Assembly (NCBI GenBank): GCA_036381155.1
Contig: DASVDJ010000035.1
Span: 73,755-137,754, forward strand
Length of the DNA: 64,000 bases
Reading direction: 5' to 3'
From: Vicinamibacterales bacterium
GTDB taxonomy: Bacteria; Acidobacteriota; Vicinamibacteria; Vicinamibacterales; JAENWD01
Position numbers and translations under genes: made by a program. Positions 25,036-32,589 of the stretch are shown piece after piece. Position 1 is the first letter of the stretch. The number at the start of each line of letters is the position of its first letter. Under the pieces are notes generated by a model, which was not told where the DNA came from, searched no databases, and saw only the letters and a list, made by a program, of their open reading frames with translations.

Positions 25036-26721
25036 CGTGCCCTCACGACTTCCCTCACGTCGGCGAGGATGCGCAGCTCGATCTCCTCGTCGTCGAGCCG
25101 GGGCGCCTGCGCCGCGCGCGCCAGCGCGTCATCGAGTGATTCCTGCGGGGCCGGCGTCGCACCGGGCTGCAGGTGAGGCGGCAGCGCCTGACGCAGCAGT
25201 TCGGTCACGCGGTGCTCGCAGGTGTGCTCGCGCAACACACGCTCGCGGGCTCGTGCGGCAATCGCGACCGCGTCCTCGGCCCGATCCAGGTAGTGCTCTG
25301 CCAGCGCGCGCATCTCCGCGGCGCTGCGGAACGTGACCATCTCGCCGGCATCGAACAGGGCCGGCAGCGGCTCGCGGTGATCGACCAGCTGAAATGCGCC
25401 ACACGCGGCCAGCGCGAACGTCCGCGCGTTGACGAAATCGGGCTGCGGATCCAGTCCCATGACATGGGCCGCGGCGTGCATGTTCAGGTTGACGCGTGTG
25501 GCCGCGACGATCCGGCGCGTCGCTTCCGTATCGACCCGCCCGGGCTCACCCCGGCAGGGAGCCAGCGGCGTGGTCTCCCCCCCCATCGCCCCACACACGG
25601 AGACCGAGGTCGCGTACCGCTTCGAGCAGATGACGGCGATTCAGGTGTGGCGCACCCACGAAGCTCACCGAGGCCCCAAGGCGCTGCCGCTCGGCGTCGT
25701 CGAGCGCAACAGGCAGGTGGACTGCGGGGTCGCACGCCAGCGGCAGGTAGTGGACGCGCACGGCGCCGGCTGCCGCAATCTGGTCGAGAGCGGCCCCGGG
25801 CTGAATCGCGAAGAAGGTGTCGTAGAAGCGCGCGACCTCGCGCCAGGACGGATGCGCGCGCACGTTCTCGACGAACCAGCACGCGGTCCGGATGCCGGCT
25901 TTCCGCAGCGCTTCGAGCGGAGTGACGCTGAGCGGCGCCCGCCCGACCGTCAGCACGAGGTCGGCCGGCCACTCACACGCGAGCCGGACGATGGCGTCGC
26001 CGAGCAGGAGCGTGAACTGCTCCTGAAGCCCGGTACGTGTGCCATCTCCTACGGGAAGAGTCCGGAATGCCTCCTGCGTGCCTGCGAACGCGCGTCCGTC
26101 GAATCGCCGGACCTCGCAGCCGGTCTGCCGCGCCGCCCGTTCGACAGAGTCCGCCACGTCCGGCGAGCGACCGGCCGTCCCACCGACGACGAGCACGCGG
26201 GGCGCTCGCGCGACCGGCAGTGAGGCCCAGCGTTCGGCCAGCGCCTGCAACGCAGGAGTCACGGCGGCGCTGGGCGTGTGCACGACGACAGCCGGTGCCG
26301 CCGCCCGCAGCCGGGCGAGCGCACCCGGCGCGGCGAGATCCTCCAGCGCGATGAGCGGCACCTGCTCGATCAGGTCGGACAGGTCCCGCGCCCGGAGGAC
26401 GCCGGCGATCACGGCGGCGCGCTCGACGACGGCCGCGACGACGACACCACGCCGGCGGAGAGCTTCGGCGAAATAGCCCGTCCCCAGGCCGAGGAGGACC
26501 ACGCGCGCGGCGGTCACATCGGCGGCGGCCGCTTCGGCCACCTCACGGGGGCGGCGGCGGCTGTCGAGCGGCCGACCGTGCAGTTCGAGCACCGGCTCCC
26601 CTGTTGCGGCCGGCGCGGTCGACGGGACGTCACCCCCGGCGATGATCTCCAGCACGCGCGCGGCCGTGTCCGGCACACGGCTGCGCAGGATCGCCAGGTT
26701 CCAGTCGAACAGCGCGCTCAT
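25032..26721 (-). pseudogene. CgeB-like/DUF3880-type glycosyltransferase split by a frameshift (two ORFs, 25546-26721 and 25032-25598)
   Basis: The upstream ORF ends ...LGLRVWGDGGGDH. The downstream frame continues ...GETTPLAPCRGEPGRVDTEATRRIVAATRVNLNMH...NARTFALAACGAFQLVD...REHTCEHRV, the C-terminal half of the CgeB-type GT fold. Removing one G from the G8 run fuses them. Confidence 0.7.
25577..25584 (-). repeat. Homopolymeric G8 (C8 on the plus strand) at the frameshift point
   Basis: The plus strand reads tggtctCCCCCCCCatcg. The frame change between the two half-ORFs maps exactly here. Confidence 0.9.
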
Positions 26722-26853
26722 GCGGGCAGCGCAGGCGGGCGGACGGCCGACGCCGCCATCCGGACGAGCGCCGGTGTGCCGACAGCACCAGCCGTGGTTC
26801 CGGGAACGCCGACACCGGCGTGATCGGCGGGTCGAACGCGCCGCGCCGGACGC

Positions 26854-26881
26854 TCAAGGCCCCTCACCCTCCGACGATTAC
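26854..26881 (+). promoter_or_regulatory. Sigma-28-type promoter of flagellin gene 1
   Basis: TCAAG-N15-aCGATTAC, collinear with the fliC2 promoter. Confidence 0.55.
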
Positions 26882-26919
26882 CCGCGCGTCCTGCCACGGG
26901 CCCGACTCCCGCGGCGGCG

Positions 26920-26955
26920 GACCGGCTGGGATGCCGGTCGCGACTCTCAAGGAGG
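26920..26955 (+). promoter_or_regulatory. Flagellin-1 leader: GGA-loop hairpin plus AAGGAGG SD (candidate CsrA sites)
   Basis: Stem GACCGGC/GCCGGTC (26920-26926 / 26933-26939) with loop UGGGAU. The SD GGAGG lies at 26951-26955, about 20 nt downstream. Confidence 0.45.
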
Positions 26956-26961
26956 AATGAC

Positions 26962-27765
26962 ATGGCTTCGTTTTCGGTCGTCAGCAACATCTCGTCGGCG
27001 AACGCGCAGGCGAACCTGATCGCCACGAACATCGGGCTGAACAAGGCGCTGACGCGTCTCTCGAGCGGGTTCCGCATCAACTACGCCGGCGACGATGCGG
27101 CGGGCCTCGCGGTCGCGAACGCGTATCGCAACGACCTCGCGATCATCAACCAGGGGATCCGGAACGCCAACGACGGCCTTTCGACTCTCCAGATCAAGGA
27201 CGGTGCGCTGAACAACATCTCCACGCTGCTCGACCGCCTGGCCACCCTGGCCACGCAGGCGGCCTCCGGTGAGACGAGCGACGCGAGCCGCGCGACGCTG
27301 GACCAGGAGTACCAGGACGTCCTCGCCGAGATCACCCGCGAGTCCACCGTCGCGGGGCTCCAGTCCGACGCGGGCTTCTCGGTCTTCGTGAGCAACAACG
27401 GGGCCAATGGCAAGATCACCGGCACCATCTCGGGCGCCTCGGTGGCCAGCCTCAATCTGACCGGCACGGCGCTGACGACGCAGGGCGGCGCGGAAGCGGC
27501 CGTCGCGGCCGTCGCCTCGGCGGTGACGCTGCTCGGCCAGGCGCAGAGCACGATCGGTGTGCTGCAGAACCGCCTGCAGTTCGCGATTTCGCTCGCGCAG
27601 TCGCAGGTCGTCAACAACAAGGCGGCCGAGAGCCGCATCCGCGACGCCAACATCGCGGAGGAGACGGCCAACATGACCCGGTTCAACATCCTGAGCCAGA
27701 GCGGCATCGCGGCACTGGCGCAGGCGAACCAGACGTCGGCGTCGGTGCTGTCGCTGCTGCGGTAA
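26962..27765 (+). CDS. fliC: Flagellin (short, 267 aa), copy 1
   Basis: MASFSVVSNISSANAQANL...LSSGFRINYAGDDAAGLAVANAYR at the N-terminus and ...AESRIRDANIAEETANMTRFNILSQSGIAALAQANQ..LSLLR at the C-terminus are the conserved flagellin D0/D1 termini. Confidence 0.95.
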   Translation: MASFSVVSNISSANAQANLIATNIGLNKALTRLSSGFRINYAGDDAAGLAVANAYRNDLAIINQGIRNANDGLSTLQIKDGALNNISTLLDRLATLATQAASGETSDASRATLDQEYQDVLAEITRESTVAGLQSDAGFSVFVSNNGANGKITGTISGASVASLNLTGTALTTQGGAEAAVAAVASAVTLLGQAQSTIGVLQNRLQFAISLAQSQVVNNKAAESRIRDANIAEETANMTRFNILSQSGIAALAQANQTSASVLSLLR

Positions 27766-27770
27766 CCCTG

Positions 27771-27799
27771 ACGGGGGCGCCCGCAGCGGGCGTCCCCGT
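27771..27799 (+). terminator. Stem-loop after flagellin gene 1
   Basis: A 13-bp stem (one G-U pair) ACGGGGGCGCCCG / CGGGCGTCCCCGT with a 3-nt loop, 5 nt after the TAA. Confidence 0.5.
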
Positions 27800-27920
27800 T
27801 CCCGCTGTCTCCGGACGGCGGGGCGACAACCGCTGACGGAACGGCGGCGCCGCGCGCCGCCAGTCAGGAGGGCCGGACCGGGTTCCCGGGGGCACGTGGA
27901 CCCCGGGGCCCGGGTCCGAT

Positions 27921-27948
27921 TAAAGCCGTACGTCCGTTCTCCGATTAC
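27921..27948 (+). promoter_or_regulatory. Sigma-28-type promoter of flagellin gene 2
   Basis: TAAAG-N15-CCGATTAC, a close match to TAAA-N15-GCCGATAA. Confidence 0.65.
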
Positions 27949-27984
27949 CTGGCCGCCAGAGAGACCGGGCCCGCACGGGTCCGG

Positions 27985-28020
27985 CGGCCGGCATGGATGC
28001 CGGCCGGGCAGTCAAGGAGG
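27985..28020 (+). promoter_or_regulatory. Flagellin-2 leader: GGA-loop hairpin plus AAGGAGG SD (candidate CsrA sites)
   Basis: A 9-bp stem CGGCCGGCA/TGCCGGCCG (27985-27993 / 27998-28006) with the 4-nt loop UGGA. The SD AAGGAGG lies at 28014-28020. Confidence 0.5.
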
Positions 28021-28026
28021 ATCGGT

Positions 28027-28830
28027 ATGGCTTCGTTCTCTGTCGTCAGCAACATCTCGTCCGCGAATGCGCAGGCCAACCTGGTGCAGACCAACCTCGG
28101 TCTGAACCGGGCCCTCACCCGTCTGTCCAGCGGATTCCGCATCAACTACGCCGGCGACGATGCCGCGGGCCTCGCGGTTGCCAACGCGTACCGCAACGAC
28201 ATCGCGATCATCAATCAGGGCATCCGCAACGCGAACGACGGGCTGTCCGGTCTGCAGATCAAGGACGGCGCGCTCGCGAACATCTCGACGCTGCTCGACC
28301 GCCTGGCCACCCTGGCCACGCAGGCGGCCTCCGGAGAGACGAGCGACGCCAGCCGCGCGACACTGGACCTCGAGTACCAGGACGTCCTGCGCGAAATCGA
28401 CCGCGAGGCGACGGTGGCCGGGCTGACGGCCGACCATGGCTTCTCGGTCTTCGTGAGCAACAACGGCGCAAACGGGAAAATCACGGGCACGATTGCCGGC
28501 ACGTCAACGGCCGCCCTCAACCTGACCGGCACGGCGCTGACGACGCAGGCCGGCGCGGAAGCAGCCGTCGCGGCCGTCGCCTCGGCGGTGACGCTGCTCG
28601 GTGAGGCACAGGGCACGATCGGCGTGCTGCAGAACCGCCTGCAGTTCGCCATCGCGCTCGGACAGTCGCAGGTCGTCAACAACAAGGCGGCGGAGAGCCG
28701 CATCCGCGACGCCAACATCGCGGAGGAGACGGCCAACATGACGCGCTACAACATCCTGAGCCAGAGCGGCATCGCGGCCCTGGCGCAGGCGAACCAGTCC
28801 TCGTCGATGGTCCTGTCGCTGCTGCGATAG
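28027..28830 (+). CDS. fliC: Flagellin (short, 267 aa), copy 2
   Basis: It starts at ATG 28027 (MASFSVVSNISS), matching copy 1 with an SD 6 nt upstream. The 27997 ORF-track start is rejected. About 90% identical to copy 1 by eye. Confidence 0.95.
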   Translation: MASFSVVSNISSANAQANLVQTNLGLNRALTRLSSGFRINYAGDDAAGLAVANAYRNDIAIINQGIRNANDGLSGLQIKDGALANISTLLDRLATLATQAASGETSDASRATLDLEYQDVLREIDREATVAGLTADHGFSVFVSNNGANGKITGTIAGTSTAALNLTGTALTTQAGAEAAVAAVASAVTLLGEAQGTIGVLQNRLQFAIALGQSQVVNNKAAESRIRDANIAEETANMTRYNILSQSGIAALAQANQSSSMVLSLLR

Positions 28831-28871
28831 GCCGACGTCCGCGGGCCGCCACACATCGGCGGCCCGTCGGC
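28831..28871 (+). terminator. Stem-loop after flagellin gene 2
   Basis: Inner 8-bp stem GGGCCGCC/GGCGGCCC with a 7-nt loop, and an outer 6-bp stem GCCGAC/GTCGGC. It begins directly after the TAG. Confidence 0.5.
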
Positions 28872-28900
28872 CAGACGGCCGGACCGAGCGGATGACGGCG

Positions 28901-28916
28901 TGGCCCGGTTCTCGCA
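28901..28916 (+). promoter_or_regulatory. Sigma-54-type promoter upstream of fliD
   Basis: TGGCCC-ggttc-TCGCA with exact GG-N10-GC spacing, about 55 nt before the fliD ATG and downstream of the fliC2 terminator. Confidence 0.5.
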
Positions 28917-28970
28917 TGGGCGAGAGGGGCCGCGCCGGCTCGAGTCCCGGCCGGGCAGGAGAACGTGAGC

Positions 28971-30347
28971 ATGGGGTCCGCCATCACATTCAGCGGGTTC
29001 AACAACATCGACTGGACCGCCATCCTCGACGCCATCATGGCGCAGGAGCGGCTGCCGGTCGTCACGTTGCAGGCGCGACAGAGCGCGCTCGAGGGCCAGA
29101 AGCGCGCCTTCGCGACCCTGGCCTCCCGTCTCTCTTCGCTCTCGAGCGCCGCCGAGACGCTGTCGGACCCGGACCGGTTCGGCGGCCGCACGGCCACGAG
29201 CACCGACACCTCGGCGATCGCCATCTCGGCGAGCGGCGGCGCGTCGGCGGGCACCTACGACATCGTCGTCAGCGAGCTCGCCCGGGCGCAGACCACCGCG
29301 TCGACCACGATCCTGCCCGACAAGGACGAGACGATCGTCGCGACGAGCGGGGCGCTGATCATCGACGGCGTCCCGGTGACCGTCACGGTCCCGGCGACGC
29401 TCCAGGACCTCGCCGACGCCATCAACGCCAACGACCAGATCGCCGCGCGGGCCAGCGTGGTCTCCCCCGCCCCGGGCAGCTACCAGCTCGTGCTGACCGG
29501 ACGGGCGACCGGGGTCGACCACGCCTTCACCGTCGAGTCCACGCTCAGCGGCGGCGTCGGGGTGGCGTTCACGGACACGGACGGCGACGGCATCAGCGGC
29601 GATGACGCCGCCGACAACGCGCAGAACGCGACCAACGCCGCGTTCACGGTCAACGGCGTGCCGATTACCAGTGCGGGCAACCGCGTTGAAGGCGTGATCC
29701 CCGGCGTGACGCTGCAGCTGCTCAGGAAGGACCCGGACGCCACCGTGACGGTGACCGTCGCGGCCGACCAGGGCGCGGCGAAGACCCAGATCAAGGCCTT
29801 CGTGACGGCGTTCAACGACCTGATGACGTTCGTGCGCGAGCAGTCGCAGCTGGCGGGCACGGGACGCACGGACACGATCGGCCGCGACGCCGTGCTGCGG
29901 GGGCTCTCGAACGAGCTCCGGTCGGCGATCAACACTGCGTACAGCACGGGCGGCACGTACTCCTATCTGAGCCAGATCGGGCTGCGCTTCGACCGGTCCG
30001 GCACGCTGAAATTCGACGAGGCGGCATTCGACGAGGCGACCGCCGACGGCAACACCGAAGTGCTGAAGCTGTTCGCCGGTGCCAACGGCGTGGACGGTGT
30101 CTTCACGCGACTGGTCGACCGGATCTCCACGTACACCGTGACCGGCGGGCTGATCCCCGGCGCCAGCGAGCGCCTGGACGACCAGCTCAAGTCCGTCGCC
30201 GACCGCATCGCGCTCATGGAATCCCGCCTCGCCATCCGGCGCGAGGCGCTGCACCGCGAGTTCATCGCGACCGACAACGCGATCACGGCGCTCAACGCCT
30301 CGGTGCAGTCGCTGTCCACGCTCGGCAACCAGTTCCGGCTGTTCTGA
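28971..30347 (+). CDS. fliD: Flagellar filament cap protein FliD
   Basis: 458 aa from ATG 28971, with AGGAGA 8 nt upstream. The N-terminus ITFSGFNNIDWTAILDAIMAQERLPV and C-terminus LHREFIATDNAITALNASVQSLS are the FliD pattern. Confidence 0.9.
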   Translation: MGSAITFSGFNNIDWTAILDAIMAQERLPVVTLQARQSALEGQKRAFATLASRLSSLSSAAETLSDPDRFGGRTATSTDTSAIAISASGGASAGTYDIVVSELARAQTTASTTILPDKDETIVATSGALIIDGVPVTVTVPATLQDLADAINANDQIAARASVVSPAPGSYQLVLTGRATGVDHAFTVESTLSGGVGVAFTDTDGDGISGDDAADNAQNATNAAFTVNGVPITSAGNRVEGVIPGVTLQLLRKDPDATVTVTVAADQGAAKTQIKAFVTAFNDLMTFVREQSQLAGTGRTDTIGRDAVLRGLSNELRSAINTAYSTGGTYSYLSQIGLRFDRSGTLKFDEAAFDEATADGNTEVLKLFAGANGVDGVFTRLVDRISTYTVTGGLIPGASERLDDQLKSVADRIALMESRLAIRREALHREFIATDNAITALNASVQSLSTLGNQFRLF

Positions 30348-30350
30348 CGC

Positions 30351-30764
30351 ATGATCACGACGCAGGCACTCTCCGCCCGGGCCGCACAGGCCTATGCCCG
30401 AACCCACGTGCAGTCGCGCTCGCCGCTCGAGCTCGTCGTCATGCTGTACGACGCCCTGATCCGGCACGTGGGAGACGCGCGCGCCGCACTGGCCGCCGGC
30501 GATCTGCCCCGCAAGGGAACGGCCGTCTCGCGCGCGCTCGCCATCCTCTCGGAGCTGCAGACCACGCTGAACCTGGAACAGGGCGGCGAGATCGCCCGCT
30601 CGCTCGACGAGCTCTACACCTGGGTGAACAGCCGGCTGCTCGACGGCAACGCCCGGAACGACGAGTCCCCCTTCGAGGAAGCAGCGCGGGTCCTCCGTCC
30701 GCTGCGTGACGCCTGGGCCGAGATCGCCGCGCGCGAGACGGCCGCGGGAGCTCCCGCGCGGTGA
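30351..30764 (+). CDS. fliS: Flagellin-specific export chaperone FliS
   Basis: 137 aa. AYARTHVQSRSPLELVVMLYDALIRHV and LDELYTWVNSRL are the FliS four-helix pattern. Confidence 0.9.
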   Translation: MITTQALSARAAQAYARTHVQSRSPLELVVMLYDALIRHVGDARAALAAGDLPRKGTAVSRALAILSELQTTLNLEQGGEIARSLDELYTWVNSRLLDGNARNDESPFEEAARVLRPLRDAWAEIAARETAAGAPAR

Positions 30765-31243
30765 CCATGACCGACGCCGGCGCGCTCGACGCGGCCATCA
30801 GCGCGTACGCCGCCGGACTGGAAGCGGAGATGGAGCTGCTGCGGCAACTCGCGCAGCTCTCCGCGGCGCAGCGGTCGACGTCCGGCACGGCGGATCCGCC
30901 GGCGCTCGCCCGCTTCTCCGACGAGCGCACCCGCCTGCTGAACGCCATCGTCACGGTCGAGCACGAGCTGAAGCCGCTGCGGCAGCAGCTCGCCGACGCG
31001 GCCGCCCGCGCCGCCAGCCTGCCTGCCTTCCGGGCCGTCGTCGCCCGTCACCGCGAGGCGGCGCGCCTGGTGAACGAGATCATCGCCTCCGACCAGCAGA
31101 CGCTCGCCGCGCTGCGGGAGGCCGAAGCCGCACGCCGCTTCGCCGCTCAGACGATCGAAGCCGGCGAGACGACGCTGGCCGCCTATCGGCGCGTCGTCGC
31201 GCCGCCTCCGTCGACGGCAGCGATCTTCGACGAGCGAGGCTGA
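30761..31243 (+). CDS. Hypothetical helical protein after fliS (FliT/FlgN-like position)
   Basis: 160 aa. The GTG at 30761 overlaps the fliS TGA, and an alternative ATG lies at 30767. It is Ala/Leu/Glu/Arg-rich and helical, with high GC3. The assignment rests on gene order only. Confidence 0.5.
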   Translation: MTMTDAGALDAAISAYAAGLEAEMELLRQLAQLSAAQRSTSGTADPPALARFSDERTRLLNAIVTVEHELKPLRQQLADAAARAASLPAFRAVVARHREAARLVNEIIASDQQTLAALREAEAARRFAAQTIEAGETTLAAYRRVVAPPPSTAAIFDERG

Positions 31244-31355
31244 CGGGACACGTCGAACGGGAAGCCGTAAACGGGAAGCTGGAAGGGCGCGGTCGCTCGC
31301 CGGAGATCGGTCTCGCGGTCGCGCCTTCTTGCCGTTTCCCGCTTCCCGCTTCCTT

Positions 31356-32318
31356 CTACGCCGCCCGTTTCCGCGACGCACGGACGACGACGCCGCCGAT
31401 GCGGCGCGGGACAGGGCCGCGGGTCGCGTGAATCCAGCGGCCGAGCGGCGCGAACCCGAGCGACGCGTAGAGGTCGCGCGCCGGCGTGTTGGCTTCGTCC
31501 ACGACGAGCGTCAGGCGCTTCATGCCTTCGGCGGCAGCCGCCGCTCCGGCGGCAAGCAGCAGCCGCCTGGCGAGGCCGCGGCGGCGCGCGTCGGGGTCGA
31601 CGGCAATCTGCGCGACGTGCGACACCTGGCGCGCGATCTCGGTCGTCAGGACGGCGGCCTGCAGGATGCCGCCTGGAGCATCGACACCGAACGACTGGGA
31701 CGGCCGCCAGGTCCCGAGGCTCGGCCCCGTGAGGATCTGCCCGACGTACTGCGCCCATTCCTCGATGCGTCCGGTGGGGGCGAACGTCCGGGCGGACCGC
31801 TCGCCGGCGTACGCGCGCGCGAGCAGCCGGACGATCGCCGGCGCGTCGGTCTCGCGCAGCAGCCGGAGGGGCGTGCCGTCGGCCGGCGCACCCGGCCAGG
31901 AAGCCAGCGACACTTCCAGGCAGTCGTGGACCCGAATCTCGAACCGGAGCCGGCCGAGCGCGCTCACGAGCGACGGGGACGCCGCGGGCAGGAAGCACGA
32001 GACGCCCTGGGCAAGCTCCGCTTCCGGGGAGGCGAGCACGCGATCGAGCAGCAGCCGCAGACCGGCAGCCGTGCGCGCCTGCAGGCCGCCCAGCTGCAGG
32101 GTGCGATGGGCCAGCAGGTAGAAGGCCCAGCCGATCGGCTCCCCCTTCCGATCGTGAAGAATCAGGCCGGGCACGTCGCCGCGCTGCCGGGCCTGCTCGA
32201 CCAGGCGAAGGGCCGGCGCGAGGTCCCAGTGCAGCGCATCCAGGACGCGCGCGCGTTCCGAGAGCAGCAGCGGCTGCACGACGTCGGAGGGCGCATCGCG
32301 CCAGTCAGTGAGCGTCAT
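31356..32318 (-). CDS. GNAT-family N-acetyltransferase (two-lobed, 320 aa)
   Basis: C-terminal acetyl-CoA motif region VAQIAVDPDARRRGLARRLL...RLTLVVDEANTPARDLYASLGF. The start overlaps the csrA 3' end by 14 nt. Confidence 0.8.
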   Translation of the reverse strand: MTLTDWRDAPSDVVQPLLLSERARVLDALHWDLAPALRLVEQARQRGDVPGLILHDRKGEPIGWAFYLLAHRTLQLGGLQARTAAGLRLLLDRVLASPEAELAQGVSCFLPAASPSLVSALGRLRFEIRVHDCLEVSLASWPGAPADGTPLRLLRETDAPAIVRLLARAYAGERSARTFAPTGRIEEWAQYVGQILTGPSLGTWRPSQSFGVDAPGGILQAAVLTTEIARQVSHVAQIAVDPDARRRGLARRLLLAAGAAAAAEGMKRLTLVVDEANTPARDLYASLGFAPLGRWIHATRGPVPRRIGGVVVRASRKRAA

Positions 32319-32586
32319 CTCCGGGATCGCTCGCCGGCGCGTCCGACGCGGCGGTGCTCAGCCGGCCGCGGAGCTCCGCGGCAATCGCATCGGCGCTGCC
32401 GACGGCGCGCGCGGCGATGCGGTTCTCCTCGCGGATCTGCTCGTAGATCTCGCGCCGATGGACGGCCACCTGCGGCGGCGCCGTCACGCCCAGGCGTACG
32501 CCGTCACGTCCGACCCGCAGCACGCGGATCTCGACGCCGTCGCCGATCATGATGGCTTCGTGCCGCTTGCGCGTGAAGACCAGCAT
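32305..32586 (-). CDS. csrA: Carbon storage regulator CsrA (flagellar type, extended C-terminus)
   Basis: 93 aa. MLVFTRKRHEAIMIGDGVEIRVLRVGRDGVRLGVTAPPQVAVHRREIYEQI is the canonical CsrA core. About 40 extra C-terminal residues follow. Confidence 0.93.
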   Translation of the reverse strand: MLVFTRKRHEAIMIGDGVEIRVLRVGRDGVRLGVTAPPQVAVHRREIYEQIREENRIAARAVGSADAIAAELRGRLSTAASDAPASDPGDDAH

Positions 32587-32589
32587 CGC

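Larger units (their letters stand above)
26854..28871 (+). repeat. Tandem duplication of the promoter-leader-flagellin-terminator unit (period about 1065 bp)
   Basis: Both units share promoter architecture, leader hairpin, SD, 804-nt CDS and a terminal hairpin. Confidence 0.85.

Noticed and set aside
26803-26818. A TGGTTC-N..-CGCC sigma-54-like string upstream of flagellin gene 1
   Set aside because: Only the GG/GC dinucleotides fit, the flanks are poor, and a much better sigma-28-type element lies closer to the gene.
26722-26853. A promoter for the minus-strand glycosyltransferase pair in the spacer shared with flagellin gene 1
   Set aside because: A GCCGAT occurs on the minus strand near 26822-26827, but there is no TAAA/TCAA-like -35 at the right distance. 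The sigma-54-like strings have wrong spacing or weak cores. No call is made.
27997-28026. The upstream ATG (27997) given by the ORF track for flagellin 2, and the alternative-frame ORF 27993-28604
   Set aside because: The ATG at 28027 reproduces the copy-1 N-terminus MASFSVVSNISS with AAGGAGG 6 nt upstream. The 27997 codon lies inside the leader hairpin. The alternative-frame ORF has no flagellin-like or other motifs.
31244-31355. Imperfect inverted repeats (GGGAAGC/GCTTCCC motifs) and a CGCGGTCGC direct repeat between the convergent fliT-like and GNAT genes
   Set aside because: This is probably a bidirectional terminator region, but I could not define a clean stem by eye, so I give no coordinates as a feature.
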